This document shows, piece by piece, positions 40,473 through 50,555 of a stretch of DNA of 64,000 bases (position 1 is the stretch's first letter; the number at the start of each line of letters is the position of its first letter). The position numbers and the translations under genes were made by a program. The stretch is from contig JBEULP010000071.1 in the NCBI GenBank assembly GCA_041287245.1, positions 1 through 64,000 on the forward strand, given 5' to 3'. This DNA comes from Infirmifilum sp. (GTDB lineage Archaea > Thermoproteota > Thermoprotei > Thermofilales > Thermofilaceae). The notes under the pieces were generated by a model. The model had not been told where the DNA came from and searched no databases. It worked only from the letters and a program-made list of their open reading frames with translations.

Positions 40473-41816
40473 CTACTCATCCCTTGAGACTACCGTGAAG
40501 AAGAAGCCGTCTGTACGGTGAATATGGGGAAATAGCCTATAGCAACCATCGCATGTCTCATGTATATTCTTTTCTAGCTGAGCTGGTAGACGAGGAGTCC
40601 GTGTATGATAATTTATCCTTATTGTTTCAAGAACTTCTTCCCCCTCCTCGCTGAAGATGGAGCATGTCGAGTAAAGGACGGGGGCTCCGGGCTTGACGAG
40701 TGACAAAGCATTGGATAGAAGAGAGGATTGAACGTTTTTATACCGCTCTAGGTCGCTTTTACTCAAATCCCATAGGGTGAGCCTTAAACCCGGATCCTTT
40801 GAGATAGCCCCACTGTTCGTACATGGTGCGTCAACAACAGCGCCTCCGAACGCCCTCGGGCTTGAAAACAGTCTCCCATCAGCGTTTATAACCTCGTGGT
40901 CGCAGGGGGCTCTACTCATAATTTCCCTGCAAGCCTTCGTTCTCTTCTCGGAAATGTCGATTAAAATAAGATCTTCGGGTTTTTTCCTGAAACATATTAG
41001 GGAAGCCTTCATGCAGGGGGCTGCGGCGAGGTCTATTATGACCGCCCCCGGGTTTGCGGAGAGAAAAGCTTCAACGGCGACGACGCTCGCCTTATCCTGA
41101 TACATGGCAAGACCTTCAGGTAACCTCGGGAGTGGGGCCTCTGTTAAATCTGTAATCTCGAGCAGGAAAGGGAAGTCCTTATCAGGTTTTACCTGAACCC
41201 CCTTCTCCCTGAGATACTCTGCGATCTCATTCGTCATTTCAAAATTGTTTACGCGTACCCAGACATGCCTCTGTCTCAACGACCTCAGGATCCTCCAAAC
41301 ACTTTTCTCGTCGAATCTTGATAATAACGAAGAAACAATTAGAGGAGGCACGCTTTCAAGGTGTGCGAGCCGTAGGGGGAGAGGTTGGCCCTTCACCTCC
41401 TCTAATGCCTTATCAATACTCCTTGGTGAGAGCATACTTAACAGGGAGTCGCTTAATAACCCACCTCGTATCGCCTTTATTCTACCCGTAGATATACCCA
41501 TGCGCGCCGTCAAGTAGAACGCTAAGTAAAACGCAGCCTTTCTTCTCAATGGCAGGTCTTGCCTGTTATTCCTCTTCAACATGTATATTGGCACACCAAT
41601 ATTTTCGAGGGTTCTTTTCGAGAGAAGGTAAACAACGCGTTGAGCCTCAAATCCAAGGTTAAATTCGGCCAAAGTCTCTTGAAAAGCCGAGTCAAGTGAA
41701 AGAGAATGACCTGCTATCTTCTCTATAACGCGGGTAGCTGCTCTGAAAATTATGGGAGAGAGCGACTCACCTATATTCTCGACATCCTTGGAGGAGATCA
41801 TAGCAGAACCTCGCAC
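40473..41816 (-). CDS. RsmB/NOP2-family m5C RNA methyltransferase
   Basis: QDKAS, DLAAAP, VDAPCT, YSTCS, DGFF. Confidence 0.9.
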   Translation of the reverse strand: MRGSAMISSKDVENIGESLSPIIFRAATRVIEKIAGHSLSLDSAFQETLAEFNLGFEAQRVVYLLSKRTLENIGVPIYMLKRNNRQDLPLRRKAAFYLAFYLTARMGISTGRIKAIRGGLLSDSLLSMLSPRSIDKALEEVKGQPLPLRLAHLESVPPLIVSSLLSRFDEKSVWRILRSLRQRHVWVRVNNFEMTNEIAEYLREKGVQVKPDKDFPFLLEITDLTEAPLPRLPEGLAMYQDKASVVAVEAFLSANPGAVIIDLAAAPCMKASLICFRKKPEDLILIDISEKRTKACREIMSRAPCDHEVINADGRLFSSPRAFGGAVVDAPCTNSGAISKDPGLRLTLWDLSKSDLERYKNVQSSLLSNALSLVKPGAPVLYSTCSIFSEEGEEVLETIRINYHTRTPRLPAQLEKNIHETCDGCYRLFPHIHRTDGFFFTVVSRDE

Positions 41817-41818
41817 GT

Positions 41819-42643
41819 CTAGAAAAATCTTTGAAGTAGTATTGAGAGATTAAAACTAGCATAGTATGTGATAAACACTGCTATGAAGGCTCTCTCGGTT
41901 GGTAAACGTTTATAGACCTTTATGGCTGCCGTTAAAATCCCAAGCACGATCACTTGGAGTAATCGGTAGATTACGTTAATAAGAAAGAGATCATTTAGCG
42001 GTATGAATGCCGGGATTACCAGGAGAAGTGTCGAAAACAATATTGTAGCTATGTAGTCGACGCCAACTTTTTTGGCGCCGCCTAGTAGCCGAGAGACGGT
42101 CTCCACCAGAAGTAGGAGAGTAAACGTTCCAATCATCCACAGTGATAGCCTTAACATCACGTTTGTCGGAGGGAAAAGCTGTTCGAGGCTAAACAGGATA
42201 TAGGAGCCACGGAGGGCTGTTAAAAGCGCTACTAGCACATAAAGTCCAAGGGTAAAATAGGGAATTAAAGGCTGTGAGTACATATAGGTGGCGAGGTTCT
42301 CGGGGACCAGGATAGGTAGTATATACTTTTCAACAATCTTTGCTATTCCACGTCTTTCCGCGACTAGAGTCTTAACCCGAGCCTCGTTCTCGTAAAGGAA
42401 ACGGTAAAGCCGCAACCCTTTCTCGGTTAAAACATACTTGCGTCTTTCATTCTTCGATACGAATCCAGACAGCTTATCTAGGTTGTAGTAGAGATTACCA
42501 GTACTGGTCCCCACTGCGTTTTTTAACTCGCTGAATGAAACTTCCCCATCCTCGCCTAGCTTTCTTATAATAGCCCTCATATATGGGTTTCCGATCACCA
42601 TGTAAACCTGCTCAAGCTCTGGGTCTAGCTGCGAGTCCTCCAT
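41819..42643 (-). CDS. ArsR-like wHTH fused to multi-pass membrane domain
   Basis: SFSELKNAVGTSTGNLYYNL...YVLTEKG, followed by about five TM segments. Confidence 0.78.
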   Translation of the reverse strand: MEDSQLDPELEQVYMVIGNPYMRAIIRKLGEDGEVSFSELKNAVGTSTGNLYYNLDKLSGFVSKNERRKYVLTEKGLRLYRFLYENEARVKTLVAERRGIAKIVEKYILPILVPENLATYMYSQPLIPYFTLGLYVLVALLTALRGSYILFSLEQLFPPTNVMLRLSLWMIGTFTLLLLVETVSRLLGGAKKVGVDYIATILFSTLLLVIPAFIPLNDLFLINVIYRLLQVIVLGILTAAIKVYKRLPTERAFIAVFITYYASFNLSILLQRFF

Positions 42644-42766
42644 AGACGAGCTTATATAATCAGCTTTGGTTATTAACCTTTAGCCTAACCCGCCGCGTTT
42701 TAATCCTTTTTGGAGCGCGGTAAACATAAAAATGATTTGGAGATTAGTACTCGTGAAAAAGGCAAA

Positions 42767-43516
42767 ATGTCGACGGGAACTTTAGGTATAATACCTGTTC
42801 TCGGATTAAAGATTAGAGATGAGAGAGAGGTAGATGTGCTGAATAGACGATTATCAGCAATGGAGAAGATGGGCGTATGGATCCAGCTTGAGTCGTCCTG
42901 GGAAGTATACTCTGATGTTGGTGTTGGGGAGATTACTGATGCATTCACCGAGAACGATGTGAACCTTGCCTCAATAAAATTCGAATATAAAGGGGTGTTT
43001 GACCCTGAAATATTTGAAAAGATAGCAAGCATAGCAGACGAAGCTGCGGGGCGAACCATAATTGTCTCAGGCCCACTCCAGGTTTCCTTGCCGGATATCG
43101 AGAAGATATATGAAATAGCAGCTATGTACAAGGTCAAGGTTCTCTTTGAACCTCAAACTGTCAACGGTTATAGACCAGTATATGCAATGCTGACAAGATT
43201 TATCGGCGGGGTGTTAGGGCTTTCAATGGTTCAGGAGGTATATTCTTCAACTGAACATTTTACATCCAGCATAAGCAGATATCTACAAATAACAAAAAAC
43301 CTTGTGATTTCCAATTATAAGGGAGATAAACCAGCACCTCTGCTCATACCATCCGAATACAACAACCCGAAGCTGCTACGTTTTCTCGTAAAAAACGGTT
43401 ATGAAGGGTTCCTGACGGTATTCTATGGAAAACACACCGTAGACGATCGCTGGCTATTAAGAGAGCTCCTGGGCCTGAAGGAGCAGCTATCAGCTCTAGA
43501 GGAGAAGGAGCCCTAA
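42767..43516 (+). CDS. Hypothetical protein, degenerate xylose-isomerase/AP2 TIM-barrel candidate
   Basis: alpha/beta pattern, VKVLFEP, GYEGFLTV; metal ligands not evident. Confidence 0.55.
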   Translation: MSTGTLGIIPVLGLKIRDEREVDVLNRRLSAMEKMGVWIQLESSWEVYSDVGVGEITDAFTENDVNLASIKFEYKGVFDPEIFEKIASIADEAAGRTIIVSGPLQVSLPDIEKIYEIAAMYKVKVLFEPQTVNGYRPVYAMLTRFIGGVLGLSMVQEVYSSTEHFTSSISRYLQITKNLVISNYKGDKPAPLLIPSEYNNPKLLRFLVKNGYEGFLTVFYGKHTVDDRWLLRELLGLKEQLSALEEKEP

Positions 43517-43902
43517 CCTTCAACTTCTAAGACTAACGCCCCCCTATAACCGCAGTTCTCACACACGTACAATGTTGGAGTGAGTCCTATTACGCCCACG
43601 CGCATAATCCTAATACTTCCACACACAGGACATATAAGCCTGTTTTGTCTCCACGAACTGGAAAACTCGATAGCAATAGGACTTCCTTCCACCGCTATCC
43701 TAGACTTGGAAACTCCTCTCGAGACTAGAAAAGCTACCGCATCATCAAAGTTATTGAAGCTCGTCTGCGAGAAGCAAACCTCTCCCCCTTCTAGGGCTTC
43801 CAATTGTAACACATCCGCTACGAAGCCCCGTACGGAGCAATCAAACTCGATGCATATTCCCCCTGGACATTTCACAATATTATAAAATGTCTCTACGTTC
43901 AC
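43513..43902 (-). CDS. Small protein with C-terminal Zn ribbon
   Basis: ICPVCGS...YVCENCGYRG. Confidence 0.65.
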   Translation of the reverse strand: MNVETFYNIVKCPGGICIEFDCSVRGFVADVLQLEALEGGEVCFSQTSFNNFDDAVAFLVSRGVSKSRIAVEGSPIAIEFSSSWRQNRLICPVCGSIRIMRVGVIGLTPTLYVCENCGYRGALVLEVEG

Positions 43903-43944
43903 AAGTAACTCATTTGAGGCATAAGAATATATCCTTTTTAGTGT

Positions 43945-44481
43945 ATGACCTGGAAGGATGGTTTTATGGGTTCATGGACAGCGAGGGCTATCCTTATATG
44001 TTTGACGGCTCTTCTCCTAGTTTCTTCTCTATATCTGGGATATATCCAGGAAATTCCTCTTGATGAGGCGAGAAACATATACAGTGAAAACTCTAACTAT
44101 ATCAAGGGACTCATCGTTCCTGGAGACGCTGAGTCCACTGCCCTAAACCTGTTCATAGATTTTTCACCCGTCGTGCTGGGCTGTAACACTCCTTTTCTCG
44201 GCCCAGCTGTTGCATTTTTCGTTTCGTACTATAGCGGCTATTCCTTAAAGGCCGAATACATCGTCACTGGAAAGGATGTTTTTTCAGCTTCCCTACTAGA
44301 TCCTGTCAGCATACTTCAGTTGGTGGCACTGGCTGTAGCTGGGGGTGAGGGTATGTTTCTTTCTTATGTAGTTTGGAAGAGGCAGAGAGCGGATCTTTTT
44401 GAAACCTTAGCCGTGATTTTCCTTGAGATTTCGCTGGCTGTCCTCGCAGCCACGATCCAAGCGTTTCAGGCAATGTTTTAA
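43945..44481 (+). CDS. Membrane protein (SpoIIM-like)
   Basis: Several TM helices; PFLGP and LAATIQ resemble the SpoIIM family. Confidence 0.6.
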   Translation: MTWKDGFMGSWTARAILICLTALLLVSSLYLGYIQEIPLDEARNIYSENSNYIKGLIVPGDAESTALNLFIDFSPVVLGCNTPFLGPAVAFFVSYYSGYSLKAEYIVTGKDVFSASLLDPVSILQLVALAVAGGEGMFLSYVVWKRQRADLFETLAVIFLEISLAVLAATIQAFQAMF

Positions 44482-44544
44482 AACGTGTTAATCCCCAAGC
44501 TTTAAAATATTGAGAACTTTATAATACATGGTGGGGGCCGGTTT

Positions 44545-45777
44545 ATGCTTGAAGGTTTTGGCATTAAAACTCTTGATGATGTTAACGTTACAGGTAAAAC
44601 TGTAGGTGTTCGAGTCGACTTTAACTCACCCATAGACCCTAACACGGGGAAACTCCTAGACTACACGAGAATAACAGCCCATGCTGAGACGACAATAAAG
44701 GAGCTCGTCGAGAAAAATGCCAGAATAGTTGTCATCTCACACCAAGGACGTAAGGGCGACCCCGACTTTTCTAGTCTACGCGAGCATGCAGAAGTCTTAA
44801 GCAGATATTTTCCTGGGCGTGTAAGGTTTGTTGAAGACGTTTTTGGAGATAGGGCGGTGAATTCTATAAGATCTCTCAGAGAGGGCGAAATACTTGTTTT
44901 AGAGAATGTGAGGTTCTGGGACGGGGAGACTAAATCGGCTTCTCCTGAGGAGCACGCGAAGACAGAGCTGGTCTCCCGCTTGGGGCCTCAATTCGACGTC
45001 TACGTTGTAGACGCGTTCTCGGCTGCCCACAGGCCCCACGCGTCTCTTGTGGGGTTTGCCCCTGTTGTTAAACACTATATTGCGGGCAGGTTAATGGAGA
45101 GAGAGCTCAGGGCTCTCTACAGAGTTCGCAACAATCCCGAGAGGCCGTGCATATACGTGATAGGTGGAGCTAAGGCCGAGGACACTGCGGAGATAATTGA
45201 GAGCGTCCTGGGCAACAACATCGCGGATAAGATACTAACCGGGGGTTTGGCCGCTAACCTCCTGCTTCATAGTGCAGGATACAATATCGGCGAGGAAAAC
45301 GTGAAGATATTAGAAGATAAGGGATTCCTCTCCCTTGAGACGGAGCTGAAGACTCTCCTCGGCAAATTTAGGGAGAGGATAATTCTCCCAGTGGATGTTG
45401 CCGTAGAGCAGGATGGGAAACGTTTTGATGTGGACGTCTCACAGCTCCCAGCTAGAGGACTAATAAAAGATATCGGCGTGAAGACAGCTGAATTATACTC
45501 ACACCTAATGAAAGGGGCTAAGACGATAGTTATGAACGGACCTATGGGCGTGTTTGAGGATGAAAGGTTCGCTTATGGTACGAGAAAAGTATTCGAAGCT
45601 ATGGTGTCCTCAGGGGCATTTACCCTTATTGGCGGAGGACATACTCTTGCAGCCGCCTCGAAACTTGGCTTCCAGGAGAGGATCTCTCACGTGAGCACTG
45701 GCGGGGGGGCTCTCATAGAATACTTGATCAAGGGAACTCTCCCGGTGGTTGAAGTACTAAAAAGATACTCAAGGTAG
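44545..45777 (+). CDS. pgk: Phosphoglycerate kinase
   Basis: RVDFNSP, SHQGR, LENVRF, AAHR, NGPMGVFE, STGGGA. Confidence 0.97.
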   Translation: MLEGFGIKTLDDVNVTGKTVGVRVDFNSPIDPNTGKLLDYTRITAHAETTIKELVEKNARIVVISHQGRKGDPDFSSLREHAEVLSRYFPGRVRFVEDVFGDRAVNSIRSLREGEILVLENVRFWDGETKSASPEEHAKTELVSRLGPQFDVYVVDAFSAAHRPHASLVGFAPVVKHYIAGRLMERELRALYRVRNNPERPCIYVIGGAKAEDTAEIIESVLGNNIADKILTGGLAANLLLHSAGYNIGEENVKILEDKGFLSLETELKTLLGKFRERIILPVDVAVEQDGKRFDVDVSQLPARGLIKDIGVKTAELYSHLMKGAKTIVMNGPMGVFEDERFAYGTRKVFEAMVSSGAFTLIGGGHTLAAASKLGFQERISHVSTGGGALIEYLIKGTLPVVEVLKRYSR

Positions 45778-45833
45778 CTATGCGGCTTGATTTCAAGCGC
45801 CCGTTCATACTAAAATAAATATACCCTTTTTGC

Positions 45834-46607
45834 ATGTTTAAACGTACTATGAGGTCGGATTGGAGTTTTTCTTTGGTGGAAGAGATACCCGCGCCAAGCT
45901 TCGTAGTCATCGGGCTGCCTGACGTTGGACTCGTCGGGCCGATCGCAACTTCACACCTTGTAAAGCAGTGGGGTTTGAGAAACATTGGATACATCGATTC
46001 TCCAAGTATTCCCCCCGTGATACTCTTCCACGAGTCTTCACCCCTCTTCCCCATACGTGTTTACGGTGGATACAAGGGTAACGATTTTGTTCTGGTTGTC
46101 CACTCGGACATTGCAATACCACCGCACTCTATCTCTAGCCTTGCATCATTCCTAGTCTCGAATTTCCAAGAGCGAAAGGCTAAACGGCTGTTTTTACTCG
46201 GAGGATTAGCTGTGCAAGACAGGATAAATATTGACACACCTAAAACTTATGCAGCTTCCATCGAGCCTGAAACCCTTGAATTCGCAAAAAACAAGGGTAT
46301 TGAGCCGTTGCAAGAAGGTTTTATAGGAGGAGTGTATGCGCAAATCCTTAAGGAAGGTTATAAGAACAAGTTAAGTGTGCTCGCCCTGCTTGCAGAGTGT
46401 TTTCTAAACTACCCCGATCCAGGCGCATCGGCTTCGTCACTCCAGGCATTCTCGAGACTCACAGGTAAGGATGTCGACGTGAAGCAACTCATAGAGCAAG
46501 AAGAGGAGATTAGACTAAAGCTTAGAGAGCTGATGAAAAGGACGATTGAGAATATGAAGGGTGCTGGTAAAGAGTACGAGTACACGATACCTGCTCTCTA
46601 TGTTTAG
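45834..46607 (+). CDS. PAC2-family proteasome assembly chaperone-like protein
   Basis: GLPDVGLVGPIA, YPDPGAS; C-terminal LYV resembles an HbYX motif. Confidence 0.88.
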   Translation: MFKRTMRSDWSFSLVEEIPAPSFVVIGLPDVGLVGPIATSHLVKQWGLRNIGYIDSPSIPPVILFHESSPLFPIRVYGGYKGNDFVLVVHSDIAIPPHSISSLASFLVSNFQERKAKRLFLLGGLAVQDRINIDTPKTYAASIEPETLEFAKNKGIEPLQEGFIGGVYAQILKEGYKNKLSVLALLAECFLNYPDPGASASSLQAFSRLTGKDVDVKQLIEQEEEIRLKLRELMKRTIENMKGAGKEYEYTIPALYV

Positions 46608-46619
46608 GAGGGTGAGACT

Positions 46620-47054
46620 ATGGAGGAGTGGATGAGACAGCAAATCGAGGAGATGCTTAAAGAGTTTAGAAGGATTCGGGAGGAGGTTGCTAAAATGGAG
46701 GAGGAGTTCTTAGAACCTCTTAAGATTCGACAGGAGAGAACCATTGTTCCTTTATATGAGGTAAGGCGATCCTCGGATAAAATATTTGTATGCGCAGATC
46801 TGGCTGGAGTACGTGATAAGAAAAACATAGACGTTAGAGTTGAGGGTAATACTCTCAAAATTGAGGCCTCTTTCTCAAAGCCCTTCTCGCTGGAGGGATT
46901 CATTTTCCTGAGCGGAGGTTTTCAAAAGTATAAGCTAGAGGTTCCACTGCCTGATAATGTGGATGTCGAGAACATTAAAGCGTCTTTCAGAAAGGGGATT
47001 TTAGAAGTTGAGGTTCCTTTGAAAGTAGAGAGGTTTAGAATAAAAGTAGAGTAG
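46620..47054 (+). CDS. Small heat-shock protein (Hsp20)
   Basis: ADLAGV...LPDNVD...ASFRKGILEV alpha-crystallin motif. Confidence 0.9.
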   Translation: MEEWMRQQIEEMLKEFRRIREEVAKMEEEFLEPLKIRQERTIVPLYEVRRSSDKIFVCADLAGVRDKKNIDVRVEGNTLKIEASFSKPFSLEGFIFLSGGFQKYKLEVPLPDNVDVENIKASFRKGILEVEVPLKVERFRIKVE

Positions 47055-47058
47055 TTTT

Positions 47059-47817
47059 CTATTTTATTGCTCTTAACTTGTTGATAAGCTCGTTCAAATC
47101 GTCTATCCTTGTAACTGCGAGAGGTATGTTTTCCCGCTTTGCAATTTCGAGGCCTAGCTCGTCGACTTTACGAACCCCATGCAGGACTATGAGTGCGGGT
47201 CTCAGCCCTCCCATGCCCGCCTGCATGGACTTTACAGCAACCATAGGGCTCCGTCCATAGGCTACGCGCGTAAAAATAGCAGCCCTCTGCGTGGTAGCAC
47301 CATAGAGTTTTATGTAATCGTATGAAGGCACGTCGAGTACCAGCTTAATACTGTCCACCACAGTGTAACCCAAAATAGGTGTGGATACAGCAGCTGTACC
47401 CACGATTAGATCTGCCTCTATAGCCTCGCAGAACCTGGCTATGGATAGAGGAATGCTGAACTCCCTCATGTCAATAACGGCTTCTCGCAAGAGGTCTGAG
47501 CCTAATAAAATCCGTCTCAGACCTGAGAGTATTATTCCGCCTCTCTCAATGTCTTTGAGGATCAGGCTTTTTACGAACCTCGCTACGAACCTAGAACCCG
47601 GAGACTTTCTCCTGCCGCTTTCATAGTCGCTTAAGACGGAGGCTGATACTCCCATGTGAGCGGCTATTTCCACCTGTGTTAGGCCGAACTTTTCACGCCA
47701 CTTTCTCATCTCTGCCCCCGGGTTTTCAGACATTATAATCTCTCCGGCGATCTTCGAGGCTACTTCTTTTAGGGAAGGGTCTAAAAACCATTCATCGTTG
47801 ATCCTGGGTCGTTGCAT
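47059..47817 (-). CDS. Xre HTH transcriptional regulator (COG1709-like)
   Basis: IAGEII, SDYESGRRKSPG, GYTVVDS, GRSPMVAV. Confidence 0.85.
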   Translation of the reverse strand: MQRPRINDEWFLDPSLKEVASKIAGEIIMSENPGAEMRKWREKFGLTQVEIAAHMGVSASVLSDYESGRRKSPGSRFVARFVKSLILKDIERGGIILSGLRRILLGSDLLREAVIDMREFSIPLSIARFCEAIEADLIVGTAAVSTPILGYTVVDSIKLVLDVPSYDYIKLYGATTQRAAIFTRVAYGRSPMVAVKSMQAGMGGLRPALIVLHGVRKVDELGLEIAKRENIPLAVTRIDDLNELINKLRAIK

Positions 47818-47913
47818 ACTAAAGGTTATTGCGCTCCTGTTATAAAAGTTTTAGCTATTTGTCGAAGTTTCCTGGCATAATAAAGCTCTTAAGGGTCTAA
47901 TCCTTGTTACATA

Positions 47914-47969
47914 GGCAATGAAGAAGCTCGGAAGGCCCGAGAGATGGGGAACTCGTGCAGGGCGGAGCC
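47914..47969 (+). ncRNA. C/D-box methylation guide sRNA (candidate)
   Basis: GGC/GCC terminal stem, box C ATGAAGA, 12-nt guide, D' CCGA, C' ATGGGGA, 12-nt guide, D CGGA; intergenic. Confidence 0.7.
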
Positions 47970-48044
47970 GAACATAAGATGTAAATATTGCGGATAGTTA
48001 AAAACACCTTAATAAGACCACCACTTTTATTATATAACTGATAG

Positions 48045-49073
<1,029 letters not shown>

Positions 49074-49074
49074 G

Positions 49075-49350
49075 CTAGATCTTAAAATAGTATTTTGATT
49101 CTTTCTTGCTAAAAATAGTCTTTCCATCTCTATAGGTTATCTCTACTATACGGTGAAATGGGATAAATTTAACCTGCCCTTTTATCTCAACCAATAATCC
49201 ATCTCGCGTAACTTCCCGTATTTTTTCCCCTGTAAACTCTTCTACACCTGTGCTCACTCCTCGCGAGAGAAATTTAACCTTTACAGCATTTTTATCCAAT
49301 TGTTTATCCCAGAGAACTCTCTGGAAGAAGTTCCGCATCGGGTTCTTCAA
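49075..49350 (-). CDS. DUF504/MJ1316 RNA-repair domain protein
   Basis: RVLWD...FLSRG...IPFHRIVEI. Confidence 0.8.
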   Translation of the reverse strand: MKNPMRNFFQRVLWDKQLDKNAVKVKFLSRGVSTGVEEFTGEKIREVTRDGLLVEIKGQVKFIPFHRIVEITYRDGKTIFSKKESKYYFKI

Positions 49351-50537
49351 GCGAGCACCACCTTTCTACGATACCCAACCTCGAGCAGCGCTCTCTCCTT
49401 TGCTGATAGATTCTTTTTACCCAGCCTGGCGCGGATGAACTTTTCGTCGACTGATACCTCGTATACGCGTGTAAGGGTTATTTTACCAAGCATCTCGCGT
49501 ACCTCATCCACGTCTACTTTCGTCTTAATGCTTGGGCACTGGACGGGGCAGAGCGTGCAGAATCTGCCGTCTATATAATCTAAACCTGGACATGGAGCTC
49601 TCAGACCGTCGTATAGCATTGCCGTGTAATTGTTGGCGCAGCATGCGCTGAGAAATGGTATAAGGCCTTTTTCACGAGCGATCTGGATACCCTGTTTCTT
49701 GAAATCGCTGAGCTCGAGATGAGTCTGGACGTTTTTCCGCAGAGTCCCCCTTATTCTTTCACGGATAGTTGTTGTGTTAATCCCTGTTTTCTCTAAGCGC
49801 TCAAGTATTAGGGGTGTTACCCGAAGTCCTCCGAAGACAACTCCTACTGCGCCGTGCCGCTTTGCCTCTGTTAGTATCTCGTCAAACTCGTTAGTATTAA
49901 CTCCCGGGATTATAGGGCGGAGGAATAGGATGGGGTGAAGCCCATGCCTCCTCATTAGCTTTATTGTCTTTAGCCGTTCATAGGGGGAGGGGGCATTTGG
50001 TTCGAGCTGCTTAGTGTACGTGAGAGTAACTAGTGTTACTAGGGGGCTTATTGGAAGCTTTACCGATGCAAGGGCTTTTACTTGCGTCTCGCTGAGAACA
50101 CTTTTTGTTGAAAACTGCGTTGGGTTTCCAAGGTACCTGCTGAATGAGTGGAGATACTCGAGTGTTTTTAGAAATGCGGCGTTGTCGGCGAAGGGCTCAC
50201 CCAAGCTTCCAATAGCTATTAGAGTTCCGAGCCTACCGGGTAGGAAAGCAGGGTTGGAAAGCAACGCGTAAGTCATCTCATCGCCGTTCAATCCATAGGG
50301 CAGGTAGGTTGTTGGGCTGACGCCCATGTCGGGTAAATAGCAGTAGGTACAGTTGTACTTACATCCTACGACACTGTGAACGGTGAGTCCACAGGGCCTG
50401 GGAGGCTTCCGGGTATGATAGTCCCCCTTTATCTTTAGGATGTTTTCAGGTGAAAATTTCCCTTCGAGTTGTTTCATAATAAGGGTCTTCTTGTAGAGAA
50501 GGTCTTTTAGTGAGAGCTCCAGGTCCACTATAAGCAC
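49347..50537 (-). CDS. Radical SAM protein
   Basis: GCKYNCTYCY motif; additional C-terminal Cys residues. Confidence 0.88.
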   Translation of the reverse strand: MLIVDLELSLKDLLYKKTLIMKQLEGKFSPENILKIKGDYHTRKPPRPCGLTVHSVVGCKYNCTYCYLPDMGVSPTTYLPYGLNGDEMTYALLSNPAFLPGRLGTLIAIGSLGEPFADNAAFLKTLEYLHSFSRYLGNPTQFSTKSVLSETQVKALASVKLPISPLVTLVTLTYTKQLEPNAPSPYERLKTIKLMRRHGLHPILFLRPIIPGVNTNEFDEILTEAKRHGAVGVVFGGLRVTPLILERLEKTGINTTTIRERIRGTLRKNVQTHLELSDFKKQGIQIAREKGLIPFLSACCANNYTAMLYDGLRAPCPGLDYIDGRFCTLCPVQCPSIKTKVDVDEVREMLGKITLTRVYEVSVDEKFIRARLGKKNLSAKERALLEVGYRRKVVLA

Positions 50538-50555
50538 CGGGAATTTGGCTGGGCA

